Assembly: GCA_951406725.2 (NCBI GenBank)
Contig: OX597818.1
Coordinates: 120,900,001 to 120,964,000, forward strand
From: Octopus vulgaris
Lineage: Eukaryota
Direction of reading: 5' to 3'
Length of the DNA stretch: 64,000 bases
The notes beneath the pieces are model-generated. The model saw only the letters and a program-made list of their open reading frames with translations, had not been told where the DNA came from and made no database searches. The translations under genes were made by a program, and so were the position numbers. Shown here in pieces: positions 1 to 13,927 of the stretch (positions are counted from its first letter, which is position 1; every line of letters starts with the position of its first letter).

Positions 1-571
1 ACAGCAGCCATATTCCTGCCACTCTATGTCACGCTGGTGAGACCCATATTGGAGTATGGGATTCAAGCCTCTTCTCCTTATCTCCTCAAAGACATACAGC
101 ACCTCGAAAGAGTCCAGAGGCTGGCTACCCGCATGGTTCATGGTCTCAAAAATTTGTCCTACGAAGAAAGGCTGAGGACGCTCGACCTTTGTTCTCTTGA
201 AAAACGCCGCCGCCGTGGTGATCTCATTCTCGCCCACAACATCATAAGCGGGAAGTGTAACCTCTCGAAAGAGCTTTTCTTCACTCCTGATCCGGAGCGT
301 CGGCTGCGGGGTCATTCCGAAAAGCTCTACCTGCGACGATTTCATCTCAATCGAAGGAGAGGAGCTTTCTCCGTCCGGGTTGCGGATCCGTGGAACAAGC
401 TGCCAGACGAGATGGTGAAGATGCCGACGACCGCTTTGTTCAAAGCCTCCCTGGACCTCAAGTGGCCTGAACTCTTTACATGAACACCACCCTGTACTTA
501 ACTCCATGTCCCCCTACATGGCGTTGCTATTTGCTTTTGAGCCAAATTAACTAACTAACTAACTAACTAAC
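1..571 (+). mobile_element. 3' end of a CR1/L2-group LINE (RT C-terminus) with a (TAAC)n tail
   Basis: ORF 37-483 has motifs typical of the CR1-group ORF2 C-terminus (RPILEYG, LERVQRLATR, LSYEERL, LEKRRRRGDLI, LRGHSEKL, FSVRVADPWNKLP). It is followed by a taactaactaac tail to ~571. Confidence 0.85.
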
Positions 572-626
572 ATAAAACTTAGATATGTTTCGACCAAAGA
601 TATCTAACTTAATAGCACCACCTGAG

Positions 627-679
<53 letters not shown>

Positions 680-731
680 TGTGAAATTTGATTTGAATTG
701 AAATTTTCTTGTAAGTTTGGAATTATATTCC

Positions 732-820
<89 letters not shown>

Positions 821-1042
821 TATTTTACTTAATTTGTTTTGCGGGAGCAACTGTTTTATCGAAAGTGTATATTGTTGCTAAATGCTCGAAATACGAAACT
901 AGGAAAACAGCTAAATGGTCGTACTTTATGTTGTTTTGTATTCCATTTGTCTTTCGTTATTCGAAAGAACAGTACATGTTCCATGTACTCGTGCTTCGTA
1001 CATTTTTGTTGTACTCGCTTCATGACATCCTGTGCCCACATA

Positions 1043-1128
<86 letters not shown>

Positions 1129-1132
1129 TATG

Positions 1133-1175
<43 letters not shown>

Positions 1176-1208
1176 CATATATATATATAAATATATGTAA
1201 ATATATAT

Positions 1209-1267
<59 letters not shown>

Positions 1268-1268
<1 letters not shown>

Positions 1269-1928
1269 CAGCAAAATTAAGGAACGGCCATAATAGGCCG
1301 TTCAACCCACTAGAAATAGCAGCCAAGGCTTCAACCGCAAAAAAGTATTAATTCCGTAAACAAGGAGAAAATTTAAAAAACATTTACCCTGTTATACTTT
1401 ATACAATGCATCGTTTCATCTATTTTTTTTAATGGTAAATCAGCCTGATTAAATTAAATCAAACTAATCCTCCATAGGCCAACAGATTCATCAGTAAAGT
1501 AAGCCAGACGGGAGAGATATTTTCACGAGGCAGCACAACTACTGTCTTGGCTATATCTGACCTAAAATTTTCAAATCATCGTACTCGCGCCAAATTTATC
1601 GGCAGCAAATATAAGCTGCCGATTCCATTTCGGAATTAAACAGAAAATTTATAATTAATCAATATAGGGTAGCAAAAAATTCAGCAGGAATTATTTGCCA
1701 CCAGCGGTCTAGTGGGAAAAAGGAAATAGTCAAAGACTATTAATAAATTCAGGAACGGCCATAATAGGCCGTTCAACCCACTAAAAATAGCAGCCAAGGC
1801 TTCAACCGCAAAAAAGTATTAATTCCGTAAACAAGGAGAAAATTTAAAAAACATTTACCCTGTTATACTTTATACAATGCATCGTTTCATCTATTTTTTT
1901 AATGGTAAATCAGCCTGATTAAATTAAA
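1268..1928 (-). mobile_element. Tandem array (~1.4 copies) of a ~470-485 nt non-coding hammerhead-bearing unit (retrozyme-like)
   Basis: ggaacggccataataggccgttc occurs at 1281 and again at 1752 (period 471). The segment is the reverse complement of 2148-2686, has no ORF, and is bounded by (TA)n on the left. Confidence 0.8.
1395..1501 (-). ncRNA. Type I hammerhead ribozyme (inverted copy)
   Basis: The minus strand reads tacttta-CTGATGA-atctgtt..aatagat-GAAAC-gatgcatt-GTA-taaagta. Confidence 0.85.
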
Positions 1929-1931
1929 GTA

Positions 1932-2147
1932 TGCGAAACTCTATCAAATGATTAAAATTCCCCACAAAGGAATTATTTTGATTTGAAAACCCCACTGGAA
2001 TGGGAGAAAGCGCTAATGATCTAAATGATATGATATATATGTAAAAAATGTAATATATAAATAAAAATCTGTAAATTTACCTCATCTTCTGATTACCTCA
2101 TCTTCTGATTACCTCATCTTCTGATTACCTCATTTCTTCTAATATAT
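1932..2147. repeat. Spacer with a 16-bp minisatellite (acctcatcttctgatt, ~3.5 copies); inverted duplicate at ~3069-3268
   Basis: Direct inspection: tgcgaaactctatcaaatg...catttcttctaatatat reappears as its reverse complement at ~3069-3268, with one fewer minisatellite unit. Confidence 0.85.
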
Positions 2148-2686
2148 GCTGGTGGCAAATAATTCCTGCTGAATTTTTTGCTACCCTATATTGATTAATT
2201 ATAAATTTTCTGTTTAATTCCGAAATGGAATCGGCAGCTTATATTTGCTGCCGATAAATTTGGCGCGAGTACGATGATTTGAAAATTTTAGGTCAGATAT
2301 AGCCGAGACAGTAGTGGTGCTGCCTCGTGAAAATATCTCTCCCGTCTGGCTTACTTTACTGATGAATCTGTTGGCCTATGGAGGATTAGTTTGATTTAAT
2401 TTAATCAGGCTGATTTACCATTAAAAAAATAGATGAAACGATGCATTGTATAAAGTATAACAGGGTAAATGTGTTTTAAATTTTCTCCTTGTTTACGGAA
2501 TTAATACTTTTTTTGCGGTTGAAGCCTTGGCTGCTATTTCTAGTGGGTTGAACGGCCTATTATGGCCGTTCCTTAATTTTGCTGTTGAATTTATTAATAG
2601 TCTTTGACTATTTCTTTTTTCCCACTAGACCGCTGGTGGCAAATAATTTCTGCTGAATTTTTTGCTACCCTATATTGATTAATTAT
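2148..2686 (+). mobile_element. Tandem array (~1.1 copies) of the same hammerhead-bearing unit
   Basis: gctggtggcaaataatt occurs at 2148 and 2632 (period 484). The array ends in (TA)n. Confidence 0.8.
2352..2457 (+). ncRNA. Type I hammerhead ribozyme, predicted cleavage after GUA at 2450
   Basis: Stem I is tacttta (2352-58)/taaagta (2451-57) and the core CTGATGA is at 2359-65. Stem II is atctgtt/aatagat with a 55-nt loop. GAAAC is at 2435-39, followed by a short stem III with a palindromic atgcat centre and GTA at 2448-50. Confidence 0.88.
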
Positions 2687-2724
2687 ATATATTTATATAT
2701 ATATACGTATAGATGTAAGTATAT

Positions 2725-2769
<45 letters not shown>

Positions 2770-3832
2770 CTATATTATTACGTATGTATATATGTATATG
2801 TATATATATATATATAGTACGTTTATATATTTCTTGTGCAAGATTTTTTATGTGAAGTCGTGTGTTGAAACAGATATTGTTATATTTCGGATTAAGATTA
2901 ATGTAAAAAATAAATAACACTGAAGCAAAGTAACACCAGATATATAGTGCGTGTGTTTTTATTGGCTAAACTGGCAAAATGACCAATCCTAAATATGACA
3001 ATATATATATATACACATATTATATTTTATCTATATTATTACGTACGTATATATGTATATGTATATATATATATTAGAAGAAATGAGGTTATCAGAAGAT
3101 GAGGTAATCAGAAGATGAGGTAAATTTACAGATTTTTATTTATATATTACATTTTTTACATATATATCATATCATTTAGATCATTAGCGCTTTCTCCCAT
3201 TCCAGTGGGGTTTTCAAATCAAAATAATTCCTTTGTGGGGAATTTTAATCATTTGATAGAGTTTCGCAGTGGTGGGGAGGAACAAGACAGCACAAGAGGG
3301 TGAAGTGGATGAGGAGGAAGTGAGAGAGAGAACATGTGTGTATGTGTATGTGTGTGTGTGTGCGTGCGTGCGCGTTTGTATCTGAGGCTAAAGAGAAAGA
3401 GGGGAAGGGAGAGGGAAGAAGAAGGATTTCCTTTGGTCTGCTGGACACCAAGGGGGTTCTAAGAATTTTAGTTTTGACCATTTCAGTGTCACTGAGTGTA
3501 TGTTGGTGGGTAGGCAGGCCATAAATTATACCTTTTATCATTTTGAGGATGGTCAAATGCCGTTTGGGGTCTAAGAACTCTTTCTACTTTTTATGATCGT
3601 TTTGTGGAGGTGTGTGTGTGTGTCTGTGTGTCCGTGTGTGTTTGTGTGTATGTGTGTGTGTGTGTGCATGTGTGTGTGTCTCTGTGTGTTTGGAGAAGGG
3701 GAGAGAGACAAAAAGAGAAAAGGGAAAAGAAAAATAAGGGAGGAAGGGGAAAAAATTTATATATATATACATTATGTATATATTTTATATATATATATAT
3801 ATATACATTATATATATATTATATATATATTA

Positions 3833-3876
<44 letters not shown>

Positions 3877-4113
3877 TATAAAGAGCTGGATTACATTATT
3901 TCTCTGCCAAAATAAAAAGTACTATCAAATTATGAAAGTAGGTAATTGTTTTTACGCTTTTTGCATGACAGAAACTAGAACAGTTGTTTTTAGGTCAACA
4001 GCGAATATGCAAAACGTGAAATAATCTCCGATGTCATGCCCTAAAAATTACTTGATACGTCGCCATAAAGTTCTCTGTTTGTCAAAGTAAAATATATATT
4101 TTTTTAATTCAAG

Positions 4114-4178
4114 ATGAAAATGAAGAACTTACACTGACCAACCTTAGGAAACTAGTTTATCTGGAATGTGTTATCAAG
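4114..4178 (+). CDS. CYP4-clan P450 gene A, 65-bp exon (ENEELTLTNLRKLVYLECVIK)
   Basis: AG/GT boundaries, the K-helix lead-in YLECVIK, and the same size and phase as the paralogous exon at 24747-24811. Confidence 0.85.
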
Positions 4179-5044
4179 GTAAATAGAAATTTTACGAATA
4201 ATTATAACATTAAAGAAGCTAAACATATTTGTTATATGCGATTACCATTTTGTCAAACTAATCAAGCTTTCATCTTTCATTGATAAGCTGTAAAACAAAA
4301 CAGAGAAGTACCGTAATCGATAGCTTTAATGACATACGGGCATATTAGCCGCACCCAGTCCCAGTAGGGCGTATTCAGAAAAAATGCTTTTACTGAATTA
4401 AAGCTTACGGGAGTCCCATTACGTTTATAGGACCCGGGACGATTTTTTAATGACATTCTTTTGGCAAAAAATATTTACCCCATATACCACCAAATCCGGT
4501 AATATTCAATATTTTATTATATTTTGAAGCGTTAAAATTAAGTAGCCTGTAAAATCATTCAAGTTATGACTATTTTGTATCAAATTCCATAGCATACACA
4601 GTTGATAACGCATACATTTTATATTAACAAAACAACTTTGTAGATCTGTTAGCATCATTAATTAGGTAATGTGTAACGATGTCAGTAGCTGTGACAATAA
4701 AAGATGCAGTGGCAACCAAAGTTATTACAACAGCAAGAGGAAGCTTTAAAATCACCATAATTGGAAGAATCACCAAACCCCACCTAATACCGCTTTACCA
4801 TCTTTTCCAGAAATAAAGATGCGAACAATATTCTGATTTAGAGACCTCAATGTGCAACAAATTCAGGGCGTAAAATCCTCCAAAAAGTGTCCAAACTGGC
4901 AACAGTATCAACGTCAAAAACAACATGAAACACAGACACAGCAGTAATCAGAGAAAATTAACAAAAACTAGAAACGAAAACAACAGCTGCCAAATAGGAA
5001 ATTCACTGGTGTAGATAGAGACAATATAGAGCCAAGTACAAGTC

Positions 5045-5256
5045 GGCGAGCTTGTCAGAAACGTTAGCACGCTGGGCGAAGTGCTTAGCGGTATTTCGTC
5101 TGTTTTTACGTTCTGAGTTCAAATTCCGCCGAGGTCGACATTGCCTTCATCCTTTCGGGGTCGATAAGTTAAGTACCAGTTACGTACTGGGGTCAACCTA
5201 ATCGACTAGTGCCCTCCCCCCAAATTCCAGGCCTTGTGCCTAGAGTAGAAAAGAAT
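5045..5256 (+). mobile_element. tRNA-derived SINE with a Meta/MESC-like central domain
   Basis: ggcgagct..gcagaaacgttagcacg head, B-box-like gagttcaaattcc, and a gccttcatcctttcggggtcgataa..agtaccag core. More than 10 copies occur in the window. Confidence 0.8.
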
Positions 5257-5377
5257 ATAGAGCCAAGTACATACCACAAAACAAAGGGTAAATATAAAGA
5301 GAAGGAAGGTAATCTTAGGAATTGAAACCATGATCTCGCAATCGTTGAAGGTAATGATAGTAACTATGAAAATAATA

Positions 5378-5915
5378 GGCAGCGGCTCTCATGGCTTCTG
5401 ATCTTAACAGACTGGAAGTGTTATCATGTACATTGTTGTGTCTTGGTATAAAAGATGGGCTATGGCAAATATTCAGCTCAGTTCCACAGGTTTGCTTGTA
5501 AGTTGCTTGACCATAACTAGTTGAGCCTGTCATTGGGTGGCTGATGATATGTGGATCTCAGACTATGAGCAGAACAGTGGGGGAGCATCATAGTCATGCG
5601 TTGAGGGGACTTCTTTGGGGTTTGTGTAATTCACCTCAGGAAACATGAGCGTTTCGTTCATTATCCTTAAACAAACATTATTCAGGGACCTTTTGAGCGG
5701 GATGGGCTACTCGACGTGAAGAAAATTCTAACTGGGCCTCACCTACAAGGTCATACGCTGTTTATCGTGGCATGAGATCGCTATGTCACGCACATATGAT
5801 CGTGATGCATGTGCCTGGTGTACCCTTATCAGACGTGTAGTCATGATGGGTGTATTGGGCTTTGTATAATTGTACTCCAGTGTCACTTTGATGGCATGCA
5901 CTGCTTTCTCATAGT
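5378..5915 (+). mobile_element. ~560-bp non-coding interspersed repeat associated with (AAT)n, copy 1
   Basis: Clearly similar to 22021-22578, to 38610-39100 and, inverted, to 10311-10540. Confidence 0.8.
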
Positions 5916-5945
5916 AATAAATAATGATTCTAATGTTTCTCCAAG

Positions 5946-6012
5946 GAAGTTCAACGGCTTTATCCATCAATTCCTCAAATCGGACGGGTGGCTGCTGAGG
6001 ATTTCAAAATTG
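5946..6012 (+). CDS. CYP4-clan gene A, 67-bp ExxR exon (EVQRLYPSIPQIGRVAAEDFKIG)
   Basis: ccaag|GAA...TTG|gtgagt boundaries and the ExxR motif. It is paralogous to 20825-20891. Confidence 0.9.
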
Positions 6013-6512
6013 GTGAGTATACTACTAATATATCAACAGCTTAGTTCAACACTCCACTGTAATGGATTATGCGTGATCATTAGATATGCTAAAAATAATA
6101 GCCAAATCTGTCTCAACTAACACTTTACCGTCTTAAGAAAATAATTGTCAAAGTGGCTTACATAATGCTCGATATGCAAAAGCAGGTGGGTCACGTCTGG
6201 GATGCATTTGAATATAGGTCTGTATGATATGGGTTCCCCTTCGGCTACACAACTTGTATGTTCTCTTCTATCGTACATACTTTTTTGCTCTTTTTGTTTA
6301 GCCATTATATCAGCATTGATCGAGTAGAAATATGATCAAAAACGCTTCAAAAATGATCATTCCGTCTCTCATCCAATCATTGATTGCACTATCTAATGTC
6401 TCTTTATATCTTCAAGACGAGAGAAAAAAAATTCGAGTAAGAGTTGGATTCTATTTCAGTCACAACAACTCAACTGAGTAGTGACCCTCTCATTCTTTCT
6501 TACATAAACTTA

Positions 6513-7281
6513 CTAGCACTATGACCCTGCAACGCCGGGTCATAGTGCTAGTCGGTATATCGATATTTTATTGGCTTTCTGGGGTGACTGGGGAAATGAA
6601 AAGATCTTCACGACCACCTTCAGACAGTTCTGAAAGCCCATAGAAAATACGAGCCTTTTACGTGAGAAGCTGTGGATTTGTATAAAGGACACACAGACAC
6701 GCAAACACTCAGATACACAGACATTTTACGCGAAAAACTGTGGATTTGTATAAAGGACACACTGACACACAGATACACAGATATTTTGCCGTTTATAGAT
6801 ATAGAGATTATCCCCTGCATTTCTCAATTCAAAAAAGCGTGCACGTTTGAAAGCCAAAACACATGATAACGCGTCTTCGCAAAACACAAAAATGCGCTGA
6901 GTCACACAGACTGTCTGCAAATGCGCACCCGCATTCAACTGTCAAGGGTAAAATTATCTCCGTCCAATCAAAAAATAGCTGGCAGTCTATTGGCGTATCT
7001 AGCTGTACGCACGCACAGCGTACAGATTTCTCGATTAGCGATTTTTAATGGATATGCCCATAAATTATGGGCATAAGGGGTCGGTTTATCAATTTTTTTA
7101 ATAGCTTTCTGTGGTGACTGGGGAAACGAAAAGATCTTCACGACCACCCTCAGACAGTTTTGAAAGCTAATAGAAAATGCGAGCATTTTACGTGAAAAAC
7201 TAGATTTGTATAAAGGACACGCAGACACACAGACACACAGACACATAGATACACAGACATTTTGCAGTTTATAGATATAGA
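6513..7281 (-). mobile_element. Two tandem non-autonomous Helitron-like elements
   Basis: Minus-strand 5' ends TCTATATCTATAAAC occur at ~6805 and ~7281, with a 3' hairpin plus CTAG at 6513. Segment ~6560-6805 is duplicated at ~7087-7281. Confidence 0.65.
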
Positions 7282-7312
7282 GATGTGTATAGTAATTATA
7301 TACGTGTGGAAG

Positions 7313-7742
7313 TTGGTGAGCTGGCATAAACTTTTGCACGCCGGGCGAAATGCCTAGCGGTATTTAGTCTGCTGTTACGTTCTGAGTTTAAATTTCACCG
7401 AGGTCGACTTCATTCATCCTTTCGGGGTCGATAAATTAAGTACCAGTTACGCACTGGGGTCAATCTAATCGACTTAATCCCTTCGTCTGTCCTTGTTTGT
7501 CCCCTCAATGTTTAGCCCCTTGTGGGTAACAAAGAAATAAGAAACGTTAGCATGCTGGACGAAATGCTTAAGCGGTATTTCGTCTGTCTTTACGTTCTGG
7601 GTTCAAATTCCACCGAGGTCGATATTGCTTTCATCCTTTCGGGGTCGAATAATTAAGTATCAGATGCGTACTGGAGTTGATCTAATCAACTGCCCCCACC
7701 ACACCCAAAAATATCAGGCCTTGTGTCTAGAGTAGAAAAGAA
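7313..7742 (+). mobile_element. Two tandem Meta-type SINEs
   Basis: The same core as 5045-5256 occurs twice. Confidence 0.8.
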
Positions 7743-7759
7743 AAGAATTTAATCATAAT

Positions 7760-9229
<1,470 letters not shown>

Positions 9230-9235
9230 TTTTAA

Positions 9236-9478
9236 TATTCTCCCAAAGAGTCTGAGGAACTTGCACAAAGTAGATGTAGCGGTTTTTAAATCAAAGCTGG
9301 ACATCTTCCTGTCAAGAGTCCCATATGAACCTACCTCACGGCAAGAGGTGCAAATGAGAGTAGCTGTATCAAACTCCATTCTTCACCAAGTGCCACATAT
9401 TAGACGAGGTTCGTCGTAATAACAGTGTAGCACAAAACGGCGGTGCATCAGCATGGCCGCAGCTCTGAGCTGAAATTA
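9236..9478 (+). mobile_element. 3' end of a CR1/Jockey-group LINE whose terminus resembles the CORE-type SINE tail
   Basis: Encodes FNILPKSLRNL..FKSKLDIFLSRVP. It ends in ggcggtgcatcagcatggccgcag (compare 48324). Confidence 0.7.
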
Positions 9479-9943
9479 GAATATATATATATATATATAT
9501 ATATTTTTGCCTGCTCGCTTAGCACTACCTTCTACTTATATCTTTTATTTAGTAGTCAGGATGTTTCATTTATGTGGACGTACTCCAGTATTTGGTTGAC
9601 TGTTGGGGCCTTCGGGTACTTGATAACATGCAGGTGTCATGTCAGCCCATTGAACATCTTTGTTGGTCTTTGGCGAGTTGTTAGAGTATGGAGGACTGAT
9701 TTTTGTCGTCATATTGTCTCAAATGTTCATCTGGTTTCTCCACAAATGTTCTAGATGTGGGCCTGTAAAATGGTATTATATCTTGACCTCTAACAATGCA
9801 TTCTTATCTATTCCACCTAAAATAGCTATAGAGTTTTACATGGCTGTCCCATCCATTGCTGTCTAATAAAAAATAACTGCCAAGACTATACCTCTGTCTA
9901 TGAGAGTGATTGAAACTTAGATTGTTGGGCTTATTTTTTCCAG

Positions 9944-10120
9944 GTCCATATGAACTAAAGAAAGGTACAGGTATCTTAATAATGATTTCTGCTCTGCATA
10001 GAGATCCCCAAAACTTCCCTGACCCGGATAGATTTGACCCTGAGAGATTTCTTACAGAAGATAACAACATTCATCCCTATGCCTTCATTCCATTTTCGGC
10101 AGGACCTCGTAACTGTATAG
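9944..10120 (+). CDS. CYP4-clan gene A, 177-bp exon with the PERF and heme-binding motifs
   Basis: LHRDPQNFPDPDRFDPERF...FIPFSAGPRNCIG, with cag| and |gtaagt boundaries. Confidence 0.95.
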
Positions 10121-10155
10121 GTAAGTTTTTATTCACTTATGTTTCTATTTTGTTG

Positions 10156-10310
<155 letters not shown>

Positions 10311-10539
10311 GAGTGAGAGAGCAGTGCATGCCATCAAAGTGACACTGGGGTAAAATATACGAAGCCCAATATACCCATCATGACTACCCGTCTGATAAAG
10401 GTACACCAGGCACATGCATCACAACCATATGTGCGCGACATGGTGATCTCATATCAAGATAAACAGCACATGACCTTGCAGGTGGGGCCCAGTTAGAATT
10501 TTCTTCAGGTTGAGTAGCCCATCCCGCTCAAAAGGTCCC

Positions 10540-10540
<1 letters not shown>
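10311..10540 (-). mobile_element. Truncated copy of the ~560-bp repeat, embedded in (TTA)n
   Basis: Reverse complement of ~22350-22578, flanked on both sides by pure TTA tracts. Confidence 0.85.
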
Positions 10541-10609
<69 letters not shown>

Positions 10610-10695
10610 GACGGTGAGGCATTTCTTCATCCGTCCTTATGTTTGAAATAAAATTGAAAACCTAAAGGAAGTATAACAATTTTCTACTTTGGTTA

Positions 10696-11400
10696 AGGCG
10701 GCGAGCTGGCAGAAACGTCAGTACGCCGGGCGAAATGCTTTGCGGTATTTCGTCTGTTTTTACGTTCTGAGTTCAAATTCCGACGAGATCGACTTTGCTT
10801 TCAACCTTTCAGGATCGTTCAATTGAGTACCACTTGAGCCGTAGGGTCGATGTAATCGACTTACTCACTCACCCTAAATTCCTGGCCTCCTGCTATTATT
10901 TGTAACCGTTATCATTATGACAGCTGCCAGGATAGTGAACATGTTGGCAAATATTCTTATTGGCATTTATGTTTTGAGTTCAAATACCATTGCTGTCATC
11001 TTTGTCTTTTATCCTTTAGTCGTGGATAAAATAAAGTACCTACCACGCACATGGGGCAATAGCATCAACTTACAATCCTATCCAAAATTTCAGTCTTTGT
11101 ATCTATATTAGAAACATTTATTACAATTATCCTTCCTACTCAAGGAACAAAGCCGAAATTTTGGGGTAGGGAACCAGTCGATTAGGTCGACCCCATTACG
11201 CAACTGGTACTTAATTCATCGACCTCGAACGGATGAAAGGTAAAGTCGACCCCAGCGGAATTTGAATTCAGAACGAAAAGACAGACGAAATACTGCCAAG
11301 CATTTCGGCTGGCGTGCTAACGTTTCTTATTTCTTTGCTGCCGACAAGGGGCTAAATATAGAGGGGACAAACAAGGACAGACAAAGGGATTAAGTCGATT
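10696..11400. mobile_element. Cluster of Meta-type SINE copies in both orientations
   Basis: A + copy at 10696-10900, a degenerate copy at ~10915-11110, and - copies at ~11130-11400. Confidence 0.7.
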
Positions 11401-11805
11401 ACGAGACAACGAGTTTATCCGCTACAAATAACAGTTACTTCACAGTCGTTAATAAAGGATCATAGGAGAATTGAACGGGGTTGAGCTGAGACGACTCAGT
11501 ACAAATATTATCTTCTTTATGTCCTTCAACTGTAAACAGGGAACAAAAGATGAATAGACTCTGTAAATGATATATTTTATTCCATATATATATATGTTGT
11601 GTGAACATTATAAGAAAATTAATAGATGGCATCTATTTCAGTGTTGTTCTACTCTAACAACTTAAAATGTAATTAGATAATGTATTTCCTATAATATACA
11701 TTAAATAAAACTGACCGACAATACTATAAGTTACCTGGGAAATTTTGCCATGGGTCAATGGATTGAAAATACACTTAAAAGTGATTTTTTTCTCTGTGAT
11801 TTCAG

Positions 11806-11963
11806 GACAAAGATTTGCTACGATAGAAGAGAAAGTCATATTATCACACATCGTCCAGAGATTTAATCTTGAAACAACACAAAAGAGAGAAGAACTTGAA
11901 CCCTCTTCGGAATTAGTACTCAAACCTTTTAATAGCGTTCGTGTCAAATTAACCCATCGATAA
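11806..11963 (+). CDS. CYP4-clan gene A, last coding exon (GQRFATIEEKVILSHIVQRF...KLTHR*)
   Basis: The ttcag| acceptor continues CIG|QRFA in phase, and the exon ends in a TAA stop. A candidate AATAAA lies at ~12477. Confidence 0.93.
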
Positions 11964-12872
11964 TTGTTGTAATCATATACACCTGGAACGCCTTGAGATG
12001 TTATTTTGATGTAAAACTATTTTTTCTCGCTTTAATACAGTTTAGAAATAACCAAGATATAGAACGTTAATCGTGCTGAGATAAGCAAACATACAGGCTT
12101 GTGAGACGTTCATACGTAACTTCCAATATTCAAAATGTTATTCACTGAAATATTCGAACTTATATTCTCTTTCTTGGAAATGAGTTCATGTGAACGAAAC
12201 TTTAGAGCTTTTCACTAACCAAGGCCAGTAAACTCACTCAGCCTTCATGTAGTATTATATTATACGGCCCCCACCAGTTTACAGTCAAGCTGGAGACACT
12301 ATAATAGTTCAATATAATAGTTTGGACGCGTAGTTTGAAACTTGACTCATATCTCGATTGCAGACCTAGCTTTTCAGTTTATAATCAATACTTTTTTATC
12401 TATCTCGGGTGCCACACAATCTTACGTCCTTTACCTACTACTCCTTGCTTAAATATTTAAATAATATACTATAGTCAATAAAGCAGTGTTTACAGTGTCC
12501 ACATATTGTCCTATTGGTCATTAATCAACGGCAATTCACCTCATACAGCTCTAGAAGTGTATGCTTCTACGATATCTTCTCTCGTCTCTTTTCCTTTCCG
12601 ACACTAATTCATAATTTTAGTATTGTTGACTGTACAGCAATGCGCTTGTAGAATCGTTAAAACGACACATATAAGTGCCTTGCAGTATTCGTTACGGAAA
12701 TTCAAATCACGTCGATGTAATCATTTCAGGGTCGATAAAATAAAGTACGAGTCGACTAATCCATTCCGTCAAAAGTGTGACATCCCTGTGCCTAAATCGA
12801 AATTCATTATTATTGTCAAATAGGTTGGCGAGTTTGCAGAATCATTAGGAGGCCGAACTAAATGCATAGCAG

Positions 12873-12874
<2 letters not shown>

Positions 12875-12904
<30 letters not shown>

Positions 12905-12964
12905 CTTCTTCTTCTTCTTCTTCTTCTTCTTCTTCTTCTTCTTCTTCTTCTTCTTCTTCTTCTT

Positions 12965-12995
<31 letters not shown>

Positions 12996-13750
12996 ATACT
13001 GTTTGCCCCTTGCGGAGCATAGGGCCTCAACAGTTGTTTTCCACTTTTTGCGGTCATTGGTATGTTTCTTGGCTGCTTCCCATGTCAGGCCGGTGGTCCT
13101 GAGCTCCTCCAAAATGCTACGCTTCCATGTCTGTTTTGGGCGTCCTCGCTTCCTTTTCCCCTGCGGGTTCCAGTCAAGTGGTTGTGTCACATTTCAGGGT
13201 TCTTTCCGCAGTGTGTGTCCAATCCATCTCCATTTCCTTCGTCTAATCTGAACATGTATGGGCTGCTGGTTGGCCCTTTCTCACAGATCAGTGTTTGGCA
13301 CTCTGTCGAACCACTTCAGATGGAGGATCTGCCGGAGAGATTTTTTGTAGTTGCTGCAGGTGGCCCTCCATGTTTCAGAGCCATACAAAAGCACAGATTT
13401 TACGTTTGAACTAAATAAGCGGAGTTTAGTTCGAGTTGATATGGCAGTGGATAGCGAAGTTAATATGGCAGTTGATATGGCCGAAGAATAGCGAAGGCTT
13501 GCCAAGCCGTCTTGATTCTTGCCGTGATGTCCTCGTCTGATCCACCTGATTTGCTGATCTTGCTGCCAAGATAGTCAAACTCAGTAACGTTCCCCACAGG
13601 TGGCCCCTCGATTGTGATTGGCTCTTCCTGCTTGTTGTTGGTATGCAGCACTTTTGCCTTCTTCCGGCAGATCCTCAAGCCCACTTGCCGTGAAGTTTCT
13701 GTCGGGTGGTCTACCTTATCTTGCATGTCATGCAGGTGATTGCAGGCGAT
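12875..13750 (-). mobile_element. RTE-clade LINE 3' fragment with a (GAA)n tail
   Basis: FDYLGSKIS, VKSVLLYGSETW, LDWNPQGKRKRGRPKQTW and DRKKWK..VEALC motifs, with the GAA tail at 12875-12992. Confidence 0.88.
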
Positions 13751-13769
13751 GTGAAAGTAGTGCGAGATG

Positions 13770-13927
13770 TAAGACAAGCTTCTGTCAGTCTCCGTCTAAT
13801 GAATCCACTGTCAAGACTGGACAGCCGGAGGCTATAGTAGAAGATACTTGCCGAATGTGCCACGCAGTGGGACTGAACCCGAAACCATGTTGCTGGAGAG
13901 CAAGCTTCCTACCACAAAGACACGCCT
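13770..13927 (-). mobile_element. CORE-type SINE fragment
   Basis: Similar to the reverse complement of 47925-48080. Confidence 0.7.

Noticed and set aside
2078-2135. Short direct repeats resembling a CRISPR array
   Set aside because: They are contiguous 16-bp units without spacers in eukaryotic DNA, i.e. a minisatellite.
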